Assembly: GCA_046297855.1 (NCBI GenBank)
Contig: JBKBHB010000017.1
Location: 5,334-69,333 of the forward strand
DNA length: 64,000 nucleotides
Reading direction: 5' to 3'
From: Azonexus sp.
Lineage (GTDB): Bacteria; Pseudomonadota; Gammaproteobacteria; Burkholderiales; Rhodocyclaceae
Shown: positions 38,058 to 47,068 of the stretch, one piece after another
Numbering within the stretch: the first letter of the stretch is position 1
Layout of the letters: the number at the start of each line of letters is the position of its first letter
The notes under the pieces: model-generated
What the model was told of the DNA's origin: nothing
Database searches by the model: none
What the model saw: the letters and a program-made list of their open reading frames with translations, nothing else
Made by a program: the position numbers and the translations under genes

Positions 38058-39398
38058 TCAGGCCCGTCGGCAGCCGCGCTCGGCCCGGGACGTGTCGTCG
38101 CTCAGGGCGGCGTGCAGAGTGCCGAACTTGGCTTCGATCTCGGCAAGCTCCTGCGCCGGATCGGAGCCGGCGACGATGCCGGCGCCAGCCTGCAGCAGGG
38201 CCTTGTTGCCGTCGAGCAGGGCGGAGCGCAGGGCGACCGAGAACTCGCCGTCGCCGTCCGGCGTCAGGATGCCGAAGCCGCCGCTGTACCAGGCATGGCG
38301 CTGTTCGCCGTGGGCCGCCAGCCAGGCGCGGGCGGCGGCGGAGGGAAAGCCGCCGACAGCCGGTGTCGGGTGCAGTGCCCGCACCACATCGAACAGGCTG
38401 GTCCCCGGCCGGGCCGTGCCAACGATGTGGCTGCGCCAGTGGCGGAGCTGGCCGGCGGAGCATTCCTCGACAGCCCCGACCTGTGGGGCGCCATCGCACA
38501 GAGGGCCGAGTGCCTCGACTACGGCCCGCACGACGAGCGACTGTTCATGGCGGTTCTTGTCGTCGGCCAGGGCCGGCGAACCCGGCCAGGCGGTGCCGGC
38601 CAGCGCATCGACGCGCACTTGCTGGCCGCACCTGGCGACCAGGCGTTCCGGCGTGGCGCCGAGAAAAGCCTGGACTCCGTTGCCGTGCCCGTAAACGACG
38701 CTGCCCGGTTGCTGCGCGTTGAGGCGGGCGAGGATGTCGCCGGCGGCGAAGGGGGCATTGCCTTCGAGAGCGCGGCAACGGGTGAGGACGACCTTGGCCA
38801 GCTTGCCCTGGCCGATGTCGCGCAGGGCGGCGACGACACGTGCCATCCAGGCCTGCTCGGCGAGTGGTTCGGGGCGGCTTGGCAAGATCCGGACGTTCTT
38901 CGTCGCCGGTCGGGCGGCAAGCAGTGCCGGCCATTCGGCCAGCGCCTGCGACAGGCGGCCGGCAGGGGTGCTCAGTGTCACGGTGCAGCGGCCTGCCCGA
39001 CACTCGAGCAGTACGGCAGGAATGGCCAGCAGGGCATTGGGCAGGGGCGTCGCGTTGTCGGCTGCAAAGGCGAACCCGGCGAAGGCGAGGGGCGTGCCGT
39101 GCTGCCGCCAGTCCTGGCAGAGCCCGGCGAAAGCACCCTCCAGCGCGGCGAAGCGGTTGTCGCCGACGCTCGCCACCTGCAGCGCATGGCCGATGGCCAG
39201 GCGATATTCGCCGTGCGCCGGGCGAGCGCGGTACCACCAAGGCTGGTCGGCCGGCAGCAGGGATAGCCAGTCGGTGTACTGTGCCGGCAGTTCGAGGCAC
39301 AGGCTGACCGGGGCCGATGCCGGGGCGCCGGCGGCCAGTGCGGCGAGGTGACGGGCCGTTTCCGGGGCGGTGATCCGGCGGAGCACGGCAGCGATCAT
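38058..39398 (-). CDS. menF: Isochorismate synthase (MenF-like chorismate-binding enzyme)
   Basis: KVVL.R, FLGATPERL, ALAGT, K...E...VV, LHPTPAVGG and AGAGIVAGSDP..E..E...K motifs. Confidence 0.88.
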   Translation of the reverse strand: MIAAVLRRITAPETARHLAALAAGAPASAPVSLCLELPAQYTDWLSLLPADQPWWYRARPAHGEYRLAIGHALQVASVGDNRFAALEGAFAGLCQDWRQHGTPLAFAGFAFAADNATPLPNALLAIPAVLLECRAGRCTVTLSTPAGRLSQALAEWPALLAARPATKNVRILPSRPEPLAEQAWMARVVAALRDIGQGKLAKVVLTRCRALEGNAPFAAGDILARLNAQQPGSVVYGHGNGVQAFLGATPERLVARCGQQVRVDALAGTAWPGSPALADDKNRHEQSLVVRAVVEALGPLCDGAPQVGAVEECSAGQLRHWRSHIVGTARPGTSLFDVVRALHPTPAVGGFPSAAARAWLAAHGEQRHAWYSGGFGILTPDGDGEFSVALRSALLDGNKALLQAGAGIVAGSDPAQELAEIEAKFGTLHAALSDDTSRAERGCRRA

Positions 39399-40651
39399 GC
39401 CGGGGCTCCTGCCGCCAGGCGGCGTAGCGCACCGCGGTCGAGCTTGCCGGCGGCGTTGCGCGGCAGGCGGTCGAGGCGGCGGATGCGGCGGGGGATGGCG
39501 GCCGACGGCAGGTGCTGGCGGGCGTGGGCGAGCAGCGCGGCGTCATCGGCCGGGCCGACGACCAGCGCGACAATGAGGTCCCCCCACACCGGGTCGGGCA
39601 GGCCGGTGACGGCAATGTCGACAACCCCCGGGCAGCCGGCCAGGCAGGATTCGATTTCCTGCGGATGGACGTTGCGGCCGCCGCTGATCAGCATGTCGTC
39701 GGCCCGGCCGAGCACGGTCAGGCGGCCGTCGGCGTCGATTTGACCGAGGTCGCCGGTGGTCAGCCAGCCGTCGGCGTCGGGGCCGCCACCGCCGAGGTAG
39801 CCGATCATGACCTGGGGGCCGCGCAGGCGGATGCGGCCGTCGTCGCCAATACGGAATTCGTGGTCGGGCAGGGCGCGGCCGACCAGCCCTTCGTGCCACA
39901 CGCCATCGGCCGGCCGCCAGACGGCAACGAGGGCGGCGGTTTCGCTCATGCCGTAGCTGACGAACAGCGGCCAGCCGGCGGCACGCGCCCGTTCGTAAAG
40001 CGGCCGGGAGAGCGCGGCGCCGCCAATCAGCACGGCGCGCAGGGTGGGCGGCGGGTCGATGCCGTGATCGAGTAGGCGGGCCAGCATGGCAGGGACCAGC
40101 GATACATGCGTCACCGGCCAGGCAGCCAGATCGCAGGCCAGCGCGTCGACGGCAAAGCCTTGATGGAGCAGCACGCCGGCTGCGGCGCGGGCGCAGCGCC
40201 AGAGGATGCTCTGGCCGCCGATGTGATAAAGCGGCAGACAGGCTAGCCAGAGGTCGCCGGCCCTTAGATCGAGCGCCGCATTGGCCGCGGCGGCAGCGGC
40301 GTCGAGCTGTGCATTGCCGAGCAGCACGGCGCGCGGCTGGCCTTCGCTGCCGCTGGTCGAAATGATCAGCGCGGTATCGGGCGGCACCTCGTCGAGCGCC
40401 GGCGCCAGGCGTTCCGGCGGTAGCGGGAAGCAGGCGCGGCCGGCGGCGCTGCAGCGATAGGCGGCCAGGGCGAGTTCGAGCGGGGTGCCGCTACCGGCCC
40501 AGGGGCGGGTTTCTGCAGTGGCGCCGGCACGGGTCTGGGCAGCCAGTTCGGCGAAGGTCCAGCGGCGGCCTTCGGCCAGCAAGGCCGGCCGGGCCGACCC
40601 TTCGGCTGCGGCGCGGGCAAGATGCGCGTGGAGAGAGGAGGCCGGCTTCAT
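39395..40651 (-). CDS. menE: Adenylate-forming acyl-CoA ligase (MenE-like)
   Basis: TSGSEGQPR (A3), PLYHIGG, SYGMSET, TGDLG, GR.DD..ISGG.N..P.EIE and N..GK (A10) motifs. Likely start ATG 40651. Confidence 0.75.
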   Translation of the reverse strand: MKPASSLHAHLARAAAEGSARPALLAEGRRWTFAELAAQTRAGATAETRPWAGSGTPLELALAAYRCSAAGRACFPLPPERLAPALDEVPPDTALIISTSGSEGQPRAVLLGNAQLDAAAAAANAALDLRAGDLWLACLPLYHIGGQSILWRCARAAAGVLLHQGFAVDALACDLAAWPVTHVSLVPAMLARLLDHGIDPPPTLRAVLIGGAALSRPLYERARAAGWPLFVSYGMSETAALVAVWRPADGVWHEGLVGRALPDHEFRIGDDGRIRLRGPQVMIGYLGGGGPDADGWLTTGDLGQIDADGRLTVLGRADDMLISGGRNVHPQEIESCLAGCPGVVDIAVTGLPDPVWGDLIVALVVGPADDAALLAHARQHLPSAAIPRRIRRLDRLPRNAAGKLDRGALRRLAAGAPA

Positions 40652-40700
40652 AAGCCGGCCATTATACGGAGCCGACGCGCCCCGGCCGGTGAGGCAAATC

Positions 40701-40726
40701 AAAAATCGCCCGGCCGGCGGCGGGCG
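40701..40726 (-). terminator. Probable terminator after fpr
   Basis: Stem CGCCCG/CGGGCG (40707-40726) followed by ATTTTT on the minus strand. Confidence 0.55.
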
Positions 40727-40734
40727 CCTGGTTG

Positions 40735-41511
40735 TTACTGGTCGACGAAGGCACGCTCGATGACGTAGTCGCCCATTTCGCCGATGTGCGGCGAGATCTG
40801 GAAGCCGTAGCCGTCGAGCATGGCCGAGATTTCCTTGAGCATGGCTGTGCTGCCGCAGATCATCGCCCGGTCGGTGGCCGGGTCGAGCGGGGTGATGCCG
40901 AGGTCGGCGTAGAGCTTGCCGCTGCGGATCAGGTCGGTCTGCCGGCCCTCGTTGCGGAACCGCTCACGGGTGACGGTCGGGTAGTAGATCAGTTTCCTGC
41001 GAATCTCGTCGCCCAGATAGGCGTGATCCCGCAGATCCTGCGCGATGTAGTCGTGGTAGGCCAGTTCGCTCGTCCAGCGCACGCCGTGGATGAGCACGAT
41101 CTGCTCGAAGCGCTCGTAGATTTCCGGATCGTGGATCAGGCTCATGAAGGGGGCAAGGCCGGTGCCGGTGGCGAACAGGAAGAGGCGCTTGCCCGGTTTG
41201 AGGTCGCGCAGGACCAGCGTGCCGGTCGGCTTCTTGCTGACCAGCAGCTTGTCGCCCGGTTTGACATGTTGCAGCAGCGAGGTCAGCGGGCCATCCGGCA
41301 CCTTGATGCTGAAGAATTCGAGGTGCTCCTCATAATTGGCGCTGGCGATGCTGTAGGCCCGCATCCGCGGCCGGCCGTCGACTTCCAGGCCGATGGTGAC
41401 GAACTGGCCATTGATGAAGCGCAGGCCGGGGTCGCGCGTGGTGCGGAAGCTGAACAGCGAGTCGTTCCAGTGATGAACGGAGAGGACGGTTTCGGTGTTG
41501 AAGGAGCTCAT
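40735..41511 (-). CDS. fpr: Ferredoxin--NADP(+) reductase
   Basis: V.SVHHWND.LFSF.TTR, R.YSIAS, GPLTS.LQ, TGTGLAPF, YPTVTRE, CGS and C-terminal ERAFV motifs. Confidence 0.96.
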   Translation of the reverse strand: MSSFNTETVLSVHHWNDSLFSFRTTRDPGLRFINGQFVTIGLEVDGRPRMRAYSIASANYEEHLEFFSIKVPDGPLTSLLQHVKPGDKLLVSKKPTGTLVLRDLKPGKRLFLFATGTGLAPFMSLIHDPEIYERFEQIVLIHGVRWTSELAYHDYIAQDLRDHAYLGDEIRRKLIYYPTVTRERFRNEGRQTDLIRSGKLYADLGITPLDPATDRAMICGSTAMLKEISAMLDGYGFQISPHIGEMGDYVIERAFVDQ

Positions 41512-41592
41512 GACGATCACGATGGGGCAGGTACGATGGTCGCAGTGTAGGCCTTGATTCAAACTGTGTTGTCGGATAATTTGGCTTATCAT

Positions 41593-41609
41593 TATCTATA
41601 TTTTCGATA
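41593..41609. promoter_or_regulatory. LysR T-N11-A operator (TATC-N9-GATA), FinR-type
   Basis: TATCTATATTTTCGATA overlapping the LysR start codon; a second palindrome GATAA-N6-TTATC at 41575-41590. Confidence 0.65.
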
Positions 41610-42532
41610 TGAAGCTCAGCCTGCGCCAAATCGAGATCTTCACCGTCATCGCCCGCGAACAGAACGTGTCACGCGCTGCCGAACGCCTGTGCATGTCCCA
41701 ATCGGCGGCGAGCAACGCGCTGGTCGAACTGGAGCGGCAGTTCGATTGCCCGCTCTTCGATCGCCTTGGCAAATCGCTGCACCTCAACGCCACCGGGCGC
41801 GGCCTGTTGCCGCTGGCCGAGCAACTGCTCGACCAAGCGCGGCAGATCGCGTCCTACCTCGGCGGTGGACAGCTGGCGCCGCTCACCGTAGGGGCGACGC
41901 TGACCATCGGCAATTATCTCGGCACGCTGATCATCGCCGAATACATGCGGCAGCACCCGGCTGCGCCGGTCAGTCTGCAGGTGGCCAACACCGAGGCGAT
42001 CGCTGAGCGCCTGTTGCGCTGCGCTTGCGATGTTGGCCTGATCGAGGGCGAAGTGAACCATCCCGACCTGCTCGCCGAGCCTTGGCTGGAGGACGAACTG
42101 GTCGTTTTTTGCGCTCCGGGCCATCCCCTGGCCCGGGCCGGCACGGCCGACGCTGCAATCCTGGCCGGCCAGGACTGGATCCTGCGCGAACCGGGCTCCG
42201 GCACACGGCGCCAGTTCGACCGCAGCCTCGCTCCCGCCCTTGGCCGCTGGAGCGTGCGGCTGGAGCTGGAACATACCGAGGCAATCAAGCGCGCCGTCGA
42301 GTCCGGCCTCGGTATCGGTTGCCTGTCGCGCCTGGCGCTCCGCGAAGCCTTCCGGCGCGGCAGCCTGGTTGAAGTGGCCACCCCCGCCTTTGACCTGCGT
42401 CGCCGCTTTCACATCGTTCGCCATGCGCGCCGCCACGAAAGCAGCGCAGTCCGGGTTTTCCGGCAAATGTGCGACGCGGTGTGCGGTGCGGCCATGCGGA
42501 CCTCGGAATTGGTCCTGCCGTTCATTCCATAG
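41609..42532 (+). CDS. finR: LysR regulator divergent from fpr (FinR-like)
   Basis: LysR HTH (SRAAE.L.MSQSA.S..L..LE), VGATLTIGNYL and RE.GSGTR motifs; same layout as Pseudomonas finR-fpr. Confidence 0.8.
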   Translation: MKLSLRQIEIFTVIAREQNVSRAAERLCMSQSAASNALVELERQFDCPLFDRLGKSLHLNATGRGLLPLAEQLLDQARQIASYLGGGQLAPLTVGATLTIGNYLGTLIIAEYMRQHPAAPVSLQVANTEAIAERLLRCACDVGLIEGEVNHPDLLAEPWLEDELVVFCAPGHPLARAGTADAAILAGQDWILREPGSGTRRQFDRSLAPALGRWSVRLELEHTEAIKRAVESGLGIGCLSRLALREAFRRGSLVEVATPAFDLRRRFHIVRHARRHESSAVRVFRQMCDAVCGAAMRTSELVLPFIP

Positions 42533-42580
42533 CGCTCCCGTCCGGTTGGCGGATTTAGGGGGGGCAGGCGACCGACCAAA

Positions 42581-42607
42581 CAAAAAGCCGGGTGGTCCCG
42601 GCTTTTG
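42581..42607. terminator. Bidirectional Rho-independent terminator
   Basis: AAAAGCCGGG-TGGT-CCCGGCTTTT, a perfect 10-bp stem with A/T tails on both sides. Confidence 0.85.
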
Positions 42608-42630
42608 GGCAGACATCACGCGCCTGAAAA

Positions 42631-42855
42631 TCAGGCTTTGGGGGTACGACGGTGGGCGGCGAGACCGAGCAGGCCAAGGCCGAGCAACAGCACCGAGGCG
42701 GGTTCGGGAACCGGGGTGCTGCCGTTGACCATGATGTCATCCAAAAAGAAAAGGCCGCCGCTGAAGCTCAGGAAGGTTGTGCAAGAAAATCCGACGGGTT
42801 GTGTTGCGGCGCCGGCAAGGGGTTCAATCGAACCGCTCGGCAGCGCGCCGTGCCA
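42631..42855 (-). pseudogene. PEP-CTERM sorting-signal remnant (not in the ORF track)
   Basis: Manual translation: ...FSGGLFFLDDIMVNGSTPVPEPASVLLLGLGLLGLAAHRRTPKA*, i.e. VPEP + TM helix + basic tail. No signal peptide; only internal ATG is at 42732. Confidence 0.8.
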
Positions 42856-43824
42856 TCACACCGGCAGCGTCACCTGAATCAGCGGTGCCCGGCCGGTGGC
42901 GAGATAGTTGGCGCAGCGGTCGGCGTACTCCTGGGTGCTCTTGGGCATGGCGGTGCGGGCGCGGGCGATGTAGAAGATCAGGTCGCGCCCCTGGCGGATC
43001 AGTTGCAGGCCGTCTGACAGGTTGTAGGTCATCGGCGACGACAGGGCGCTGGCATCACATTGCAGGGGCAGGGTGCACAGGCGTTCGGCGGCAGTGACCA
43101 TGCGGGCCCAGACATCGAAGATGTCGCCGTCGGTACGCAAGGTCTCGGTCTTGATCTTGGCGGCGGCGGCCAGTTCGCTGACGGGGGCCTCGATGTCGGA
43201 AAAGGCCGGAATGCCGCTGAAGGTGTCGATCATGACCTGCGAGATCCGGTCGATGTCGTGCAGGACGCGACCAATCTTGATGTAGCGGCTTTCGTAAAAA
43301 TCTTCGAGCGGGATCGAGAAGGCGCGGAAGGGTTCTCCCCACAGTTCGTCGATGCCTTCCTCGCCGCTGCGGTGCAGGACGTTGCGGCCGAGATCCATGG
43401 CTTCGAGCAGGCAGCGGCCGCATTCGCGCATCAGGGGATTGTCGCTGAGGATTTCGATGCCGCAGGCCTGCAGTTCGACCAGCTTGCGGAAAATATCGGC
43501 TGCCCGGTTGAACAGCGCGCCGGCCAGCATGGCGCCCTTGACACGCTTGCGGGCCGGGTCGGTTTCCTTGTCGTAGCTGGCGCGGGCCTCGTTGAGCCGG
43601 GTGCCGGGGATGTTCAGGCCGTGCTCGGTGTGGTTGAACAGGCGACGGGTCAGCGCGTCGATCAGCTTTTTCTTCGCTTCCAGCGTGTCGGCCGGGACCG
43701 GATAGGTTTTGATCCAGTAGCCGTCGTACAGGACCCGTTCGATGCCGTCGATCATGCGACGGGTGCCCTCGGGCAGGTCTTCCGTGGTTTTCGGGGGCGG
43801 AGTCAGAGTCTGGGCGGTGTTCAT
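42856..43824 (-). CDS. Hypothetical cytoplasmic protein (322 aa)
   Basis: Long ORF with strong host codon usage and ordered, globular-looking sequence; no domain recognised. Confidence 0.85.
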   Translation of the reverse strand: MNTAQTLTPPPKTTEDLPEGTRRMIDGIERVLYDGYWIKTYPVPADTLEAKKKLIDALTRRLFNHTEHGLNIPGTRLNEARASYDKETDPARKRVKGAMLAGALFNRAADIFRKLVELQACGIEILSDNPLMRECGRCLLEAMDLGRNVLHRSGEEGIDELWGEPFRAFSIPLEDFYESRYIKIGRVLHDIDRISQVMIDTFSGIPAFSDIEAPVSELAAAAKIKTETLRTDGDIFDVWARMVTAAERLCTLPLQCDASALSSPMTYNLSDGLQLIRQGRDLIFYIARARTAMPKSTQEYADRCANYLATGRAPLIQVTLPV

Positions 43825-44058
43825 AGGTGGATTGCGGATTGGCCTTGTTCATGGCCTGGCAGGTAAGGACCGAACGCTGATTGTAATGCGCCGGTAATGG
43901 TGCGGTGCAATACGCGGCGCATTGTAACGCTGAATCTATGTCTTTCGTTATAGGTTGCGTGGCTGGACTCCCGCCAGCCGGGGCGCGGGCTTGTTTTCAC
44001 AGCAGCGCAAGGTGAATTTGAGATATATTGAAAAAGTATTTTTTGCGCCTGACCCCCT

Positions 44059-46062
44059 ATGCGTTTTTGGCTGGCCCTGTGCCTTTCCTTCATTCTCGGG
44101 GCCATGCTCTGGCAACCGGGTGTTGTGGCTGAAACCGTCGCCCCGCCGGGTGTCCCGGGGGGGCAGGTGGCGGCCGGGACGGCGCCGCTGTCCGACCTCT
44201 TCGGCCATCTCAACGCTTACCTGGCAGGCGCGTGGCTGCTCAGCCTGCTCGCCTGCGCCCTGCTGTTTCATGTGATCACCGTGAGCCGGCGGGAAGCGCG
44301 CAGCCAGGCCGAGCTGGCCGAACGCACCCGGGAAGTGGAGATGCACAACGGCATCCTCAGGCTGATCAGCATGGGAGCGCCGCTGACTGAGGTACTGCAG
44401 GCTCTCGTCCAGCGTGTCGAGGCGCTTCACCCGGGTTGCCTCTGCTCGATCTTGCTGCTCGACGCGGCCGGCCGCCATATCCGCCACGGTGCGGCGCCCA
44501 GCCTGCCCGAATTCTATAACCGGGCGATCGACGGCGTGGCGATTGGCGATGGCATCGGATCCTGCGGTACGGCAGCCTTTCGGGGGGAGCGGGTCATCGT
44601 CGAGGATATCCAGAACCATCCTTATTGGGCCAATTACCGTGATCTGGCCAAAGCGGCCGGTTTGGGGGCCTGCTGGTCGCAGCCTTTCAAGGATCGCAGC
44701 GGACGGGTGCTCGGGACGTTTGCCATCTATCACCGCCAGCCGGCCGTGCCGAGCAGCGCCGAAATCGGCCTGATCGAGGATTACGCCAGCCTGGCCTGCG
44801 TGGCGGTCGAGCGTGACCAGGCCGAGGCGGCGCTGGAGAACTACCGGACGCAGCTCGAACGGAAAGTCGAGGAGCGGACCGCTGCGCTGTCCATCGCCAA
44901 GGAGGCCGCCGAGGCGGCCAACCGGGCAAAGACCGCCTTCCTGGCCAACATGAGCCATGAACTGCGGACGCCGATGAACGCGATCATGGGCATGACCGAT
45001 CTGGCCCTGCGCCGGGCGAGCGATGAACGCCAGCGCGACCAGTTGACCAAGGTGGTTCAGGCTTCCAGCCACCTGCTGGGGGTCATCAACGACATCCTCG
45101 ATATCTCAAAAATCGAGGCGGACCGGCTGCTTCTGGAGAACACCGCGTTCCGGCTTGGCACCGTGTTTGATAACCTGCGCCCGCTGGTCGAAGGGCAGGC
45201 GGCCGACAAGGGCCTGCAGTTCGCCATCGATCTGTCGCCGGAGCTGGCCGACCTGAGCCTGGCCGGCGATCCGCTGCGCCTTGGGCAGATCCTGCTCAAC
45301 CTGACGGCCAACGCCATCAAGTTCACGGCGGTTGGCCGCGTCGATGTGGCGGTGGCGCGGCTGGTCGATGACGCGAACCGGGTCAGCCTGCGTTTTACCA
45401 TTCGCGATACCGGCATTGGCATTGCGCCGGCCGATCTCGCCCGTCTGTTCAATGCCTTCCAGCAGGCCGACAGCTCGACGACGCGCCGTTATGGCGGCAC
45501 CGGGCTCGGGCTGGCGATCAGCCGCAGCCTGGCGCGCATGATGGGCGGCGACATCACGGTCGATAGCCGGCCGGGGGTGGGCAGCGTCTTCATCTTGACG
45601 GTAACGCTCGACAAGGCCGCGACGCCGGCCAGCGAGGGCGTACCCCGGTCGCGCCGGCAAGTGGCCGAGGCGATGTTGCGGGCCCGCTGTGCCGGCCGAC
45701 GCATCCTGCTGGTCGAGGATGAGCCGATCAATCGCGAGGTGGCCCGTGAATTGCTGCAAATGGCCGGCCTGCTCGTTGATCTGGCCGAAGATGGCGGCCA
45801 GGCGGTTGCCAAGGTCAGGGAAGGCGCCTACGACCTGATCCTGATGGACATGCTGATGCCGAACATGAACGGCATCGAGGCGACGCGGGCCATTCGTGCA
45901 CTGCCCGGCGGCGCCGATGTGCCGATCCTGGCGATGACTGCCAATGCCTTCAGCGAGGATCGCCAGCATTGTTTCGAGGCCGGCATGAACGACCATATCA
46001 GCAAGCCGGTCAAGCCGGAACGGCTGTTCGAGGCCATTCTCCAGTGGCTATCGCCGCACTGA
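44059..46062 (+). CDS. Hybrid sensor kinase (TM-GAF-HisKA-HATPase-REC)
   Basis: GAF ([15 protein letters not shown]), [31 protein letters not shown] and REC (LMDM.MP, NDH.SKP) motifs. Confidence 0.93.
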   Translation: MRFWLALCLSFILGAMLWQPGVVAETVAPPGVPGGQVAAGTAPLSDLFGHLNAYLAGAWLLSLLACALLFHVITVSRREARSQAELAERTREVEMHNGILRLISMGAPLTEVLQALVQRVEALHPGCLCSILLLDAAGRHIRHGAAPSLPEFYNRAIDGVAIGDGIGSCGTAAFRGERVIVEDIQNHPYWANYRDLAKAAGLGACWSQPFKDRSGRVLGTFAIYHRQPAVPSSAEIGLIEDYASLACVAVERDQAEAALENYRTQLERKVEERTAALSIAKEAAEAANRAKTAFLANMSHELRTPMNAIMGMTDLALRRASDERQRDQLTKVVQASSHLLGVINDILDISKIEADRLLLENTAFRLGTVFDNLRPLVEGQAADKGLQFAIDLSPELADLSLAGDPLRLGQILLNLTANAIKFTAVGRVDVAVARLVDDANRVSLRFTIRDTGIGIAPADLARLFNAFQQADSSTTRRYGGTGLGLAISRSLARMMGGDITVDSRPGVGSVFILTVTLDKAATPASEGVPRSRRQVAEAMLRARCAGRRILLVEDEPINREVARELLQMAGLLVDLAEDGGQAVAKVREGAYDLILMDMLMPNMNGIEATRAIRALPGGADVPILAMTANAFSEDRQHCFEAGMNDHISKPVKPERLFEAILQWLSPH

Positions 46063-46971
46063 GCCGGCTGGCGCGCCCGGGCTGACGGCAGACAGCAGTT
46101 CGTTCATGAAGGCGTGGGCAGGCAGGGGGAGGATTTTCTGCCGCAGATGCACGACCGACCACGGCTGCTGCAGCGGAAAGCCGGCGACATCGAGAATGCG
46201 CAGGCCCTCCTGTTCCGGGTGATCGTCCAGTACGTGGCGGGACAGGATGGAGAGGCCCATGCCGCTCGCCACCAGGTCGCGAATCGCCTCGTTGCTGCCG
46301 AGTGCCAGCTTGACCTTGAGGGAAACCCCGGTGGTGGCCAGGTGGCGGTCGATGGCCTTGCGCGTGCCCGAGCCGGCTTCGCGCAGCAGGAAGGGATGGG
46401 CGGCCAGATCGGCCAGGCGGAGGGGCCCGGCGGGCAACGGCAGAGTGGCCGGCGCGACGACGACCAGCGGGTTGTCGAGAAAGGGGGTGGCGACGACATC
46501 GAGCTCTTCGGGAGGAAAGGACATGATGTAGAGGTCGTCCTCGTTGGCGCGCAGGCGTTCGACGATACGCGCCCGGTTGGCCACCTCCAGCTCGATGTCG
46601 ATGTCCGGGTAACGTTGGCAGAAGGCGCCCAACATGCGCGGCAGGAAATACTTGGCGGTCGTGACGAGGGCAACGCGCAGGCGGCCCCGCTTCAGGCCCT
46701 GCAGCGCGTCGACCGCCGACTCGAAACGACTCCAGCTGTCGTCCAGTTCGCGCGCCGTGCGCAGCAATTCCTGGCCGGCATCGGTCAGGCGGATTTCACG
46801 CCCGGTCTGCTCGAACAACGGCAGGCCGACGCTTTCCGTCATTTGCCGGATCTGGATCGATACCGCTGGCTGCGTCAGGTGCAGGGCTTCGGCGGCGCGC
46901 GAAAAACTGCCGAGCCGGGCGACGGTGACGAAGGTTTCGAGCTGGCGAAAAGTCAGGTGGCGGCGTGGCAT
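46048..46971 (-). CDS. CbbR/CmpR-like LysR regulator
   Basis: [37 protein letters not shown] and VTTAKYF.PR.LG.F, typical of the CbbR/CmpR subfamily. Confidence 0.85.
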   Translation of the reverse strand: MPRRHLTFRQLETFVTVARLGSFSRAAEALHLTQPAVSIQIRQMTESVGLPLFEQTGREIRLTDAGQELLRTARELDDSWSRFESAVDALQGLKRGRLRVALVTTAKYFLPRMLGAFCQRYPDIDIELEVANRARIVERLRANEDDLYIMSFPPEELDVVATPFLDNPLVVVAPATLPLPAGPLRLADLAAHPFLLREAGSGTRKAIDRHLATTGVSLKVKLALGSNEAIRDLVASGMGLSILSRHVLDDHPEQEGLRILDVAGFPLQQPWSVVHLRQKILPLPAHAFMNELLSAVSPGAPAGSVRR

Positions 46972-46972
46972 A

Positions 46973-47017
46973 TAAGTAGTTATAAATAATTTGGTCAAAA
47001 AAGTTTAATTGGATTTA
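46973..47017. promoter_or_regulatory. CbbR-type operator with three TNA-N7-TNA sites
   Basis: TAA-gtagtta-TAA (46973-85), TCA-aaaaagt-TTA (46995-47007), TTA-attggat-TTA (47005-17). Confidence 0.65.
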
Positions 47018-47068
47018 ATGTGTTTGGGGTGGAATAGTGCGCGCCATCGACATTGAGTGATCCATGCC

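Noticed and set aside
42856-42858. Selenocysteine recoding of the TGA before the PEP-CTERM tail
   Set aside because: Only a weak hairpin is present, the position is not a redox motif, and the upstream protein has no signal peptide to make a PEP-CTERM fusion sensible. Kept only as a low-probability alternative.
43873-43933. Repeats AACGCTGA and ATTGTAA plus a possible 12-bp hairpin
   Set aside because: More simply explained as two minus-strand TACAAT -10 boxes; no ncRNA family recognised.
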